Source: Antedon mediterranea (lineage: Eukaryota > Animalia > Echinodermata). Taken from it: a stretch of DNA of 64,000 bases. Under the pieces are notes generated by a model. It had not been told where the DNA came from, did not search any database, and saw only the letters and a list, made by a program, of their open reading frames with translations. A program made the position numbers and the translations under genes. The DNA is taken from assembly GCF_964355755.1 (NCBI RefSeq), contig NC_092680.1, positions 6,944,001-7,008,000 of the forward strand, given 5' to 3'. This document shows, piece by piece, positions 62,009 through 64,000 of this stretch (position 1 is the first letter of the stretch; each line of letters begins with the position of its first letter).

Positions 62009-64000
62009 CTATTTGCTATGAATATCAATAATTAATCCTCTTCTACTGAAAACAGTAATCCAGGAGGTAGAAAAATAAAGCAGAGAACATGAAGTTCAAA
62101 CTAAGGATACCTGCAGTGAATCAATTACCAAAGCCATGTATACTATGGGTTGAAGTTGGAAGTTCACTCTCACCTAATCCCCACAGGCTATATGAAGGTT
62201 GTTTGCATTAGTGTTTTGAGATACCTTGTTATCCACTGTAACAACTCAGCCCTCTATATATTTTTCAGATATATAATTACATATATTCTTCTATTCACAA
62301 GTATTGGTGTTGTTTATGTTCACACAGCAAACTCTTGTAAAAAATATACCCCCCAAAAAAATACCATAAAAACGGTAACACACTTTTGAATCTGCAGAAA
62401 AGCAATGACTGGAGTTATCGTTCATTTAACTTAATTAGACGGATGCTTAATTTATAAGATGAAAAAGATATGCCAAAGAGCTTTGTAAAGTGTGCCAATT
62501 TTTTCCCATACTTCAAGTCAAGTACCTATTCGACTCTTTATTGGTAATATTTTTCATGAGCAATACACTAATTTTGACGATTTGGGTACACATTTGAGGT
62601 AGGGTTTGTTATCTCTGTTAAAAAGGTAAAAATCATCAAATCTGGTTTTCACATTGTCATTGTTTATTGTTGCTGCAATCGCTATTCTCAGTGGTTAAAA
62701 AACCTAATTGGTACTGCACCTTTATGAGTCACACATGTGATTCGCTCTTTGGTTTTAAAGGGGTTTATTGTGCACATGTGAATGTTGTGTACTAGGACTT
62801 ATGACTTAAATCCCATCCAGTGGCTATTATTGCTTTACCATTAAATTACACTACATTGCTCTACAAGCCATTAATAGCTTGATAGACTATATGTTCTCAA
62901 AGATTCTACAAGACAGAAAAAAGTAAACATATAAAATATTACTCTATTTAAGTCTATTTTCTTTTTTTTCTTGCATACATTTAATAAACACATTAAAAAA
63001 AACTAATAAAATTTCTGTTGAAAAAAAATGAAATGACAATAAAAAATGTCAGAGTGGATAAAAGATAATCAGTTCTCATCTCCCTGTGGTACAGATTCAT
63101 TGCATGGTACTGCAAGATGGACACAGATTTACTGCAGTAATCACAGTAAACAATACACAGGATCTGTTATTTAAACATTTTTTTTGTAAACAAATCTTTG
63201 GAGACATCACTTACAAAGCTCCTTTATTGAGAAGATCCCCTTGAGCATTGTGATGCAGATATTTTAACTCAGCTGAAGTGTGCTGTAAGAATACACCAAT
63301 GGAACATCTAATGACTTCAAGGTCTTGTTATTTATCATGAATTATGACATCTTTTATGTGTTTATCTCTCTCTCTCTCAAAGATTAATCATTTTCCATGG
63401 TTTTCCTCAGAACTAGAAAAGAATGTTATTTTACATTTAAAGGAGACTCTGACTTAGCAATCTAAATAAAATACATGACATGACATGACAGAGGCCAGTA
63501 TAACAATAAATGAATGTTTACTAGTTGAATGTGGAGATTATTTCATTTCTTTTTGTGCACTTAAAAATTTACTGTTCCATTCAATGAAGCAGAGATCAGA
63601 TTCCTTCCAACAGGGAACGGCGCAATTACAGTAAGCACACGTTATACATTGGTTTTCGTTGTCGTCCTATACTACTATTGTATATTATTTTTACTCTGGA
63701 ATCAACTGGCAAGGCTACTAGGTGTGTCATATAAGCAATAATAATAACAAGGTCTCTCTAGTAATTTTTAAAAAGATGAAATTCAAGATTAAGTCTTATC
63801 ATCTTATTAAAGATTAAGACATTAATCTCATCCTGACATCAACCACAAACTTTTCATATCATATAATCCTTGAATACAAATAATTTCTGGCACACACAAG
63901 GCCTAACATACAATTAAATGTGCCACACCTATACTAAAACATAATCATGTATGTAATCGTGCAATCAGTAAGATGGAAAACATCTCAAAGGTGTGATGTA

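Overview
AT-rich (roughly 30% GC by eye), intron-rich animal DNA, probably from an invertebrate bilaterian; the species cannot be determined from sequence alone. Three genes are supported. (1) The main coding exon of a TNFAIP8/TIPE gene (+, 2622-3205). (2) A complete 7-exon COMMD10 (+, 7651-12537, 197 aa). (3) A convergent transmembrane semaphorin of class 6/1 architecture (-, 20022-50865, 17 core coding exons, about 843 aa) with several phase-1 stalk micro/mini-exons. The space between the two convergent 3' ends is almost entirely two abutting satellites: a 39-bp minisatellite and a ~196-bp satellite built from alternately inverted ~98-bp halves. Non-autonomous DNA transposons and tRNA-derived SINE fragments fill the introns. 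Strongest second-look signals: (a) four 26-35 bp palindromes with CANRG ends and perfect 7-bp target duplications, which fit P/Galileo excision scars, one stacked with an intact P-like MITE on a triplicated target; (b) apparent window-wide excess of TA-CAG-TA/TA-CTG-TA and local TA-GGC-TA/TA-GCC-TA motifs that may be accumulated excision footprints; (c) the TNFAIP8-COMMD10-SEMA6 linkage, which echoes all four vertebrate SEMA6/TNFAIP8 paralogous regions. Gene models were hand-spliced and counts were made by eye; no searches were run.
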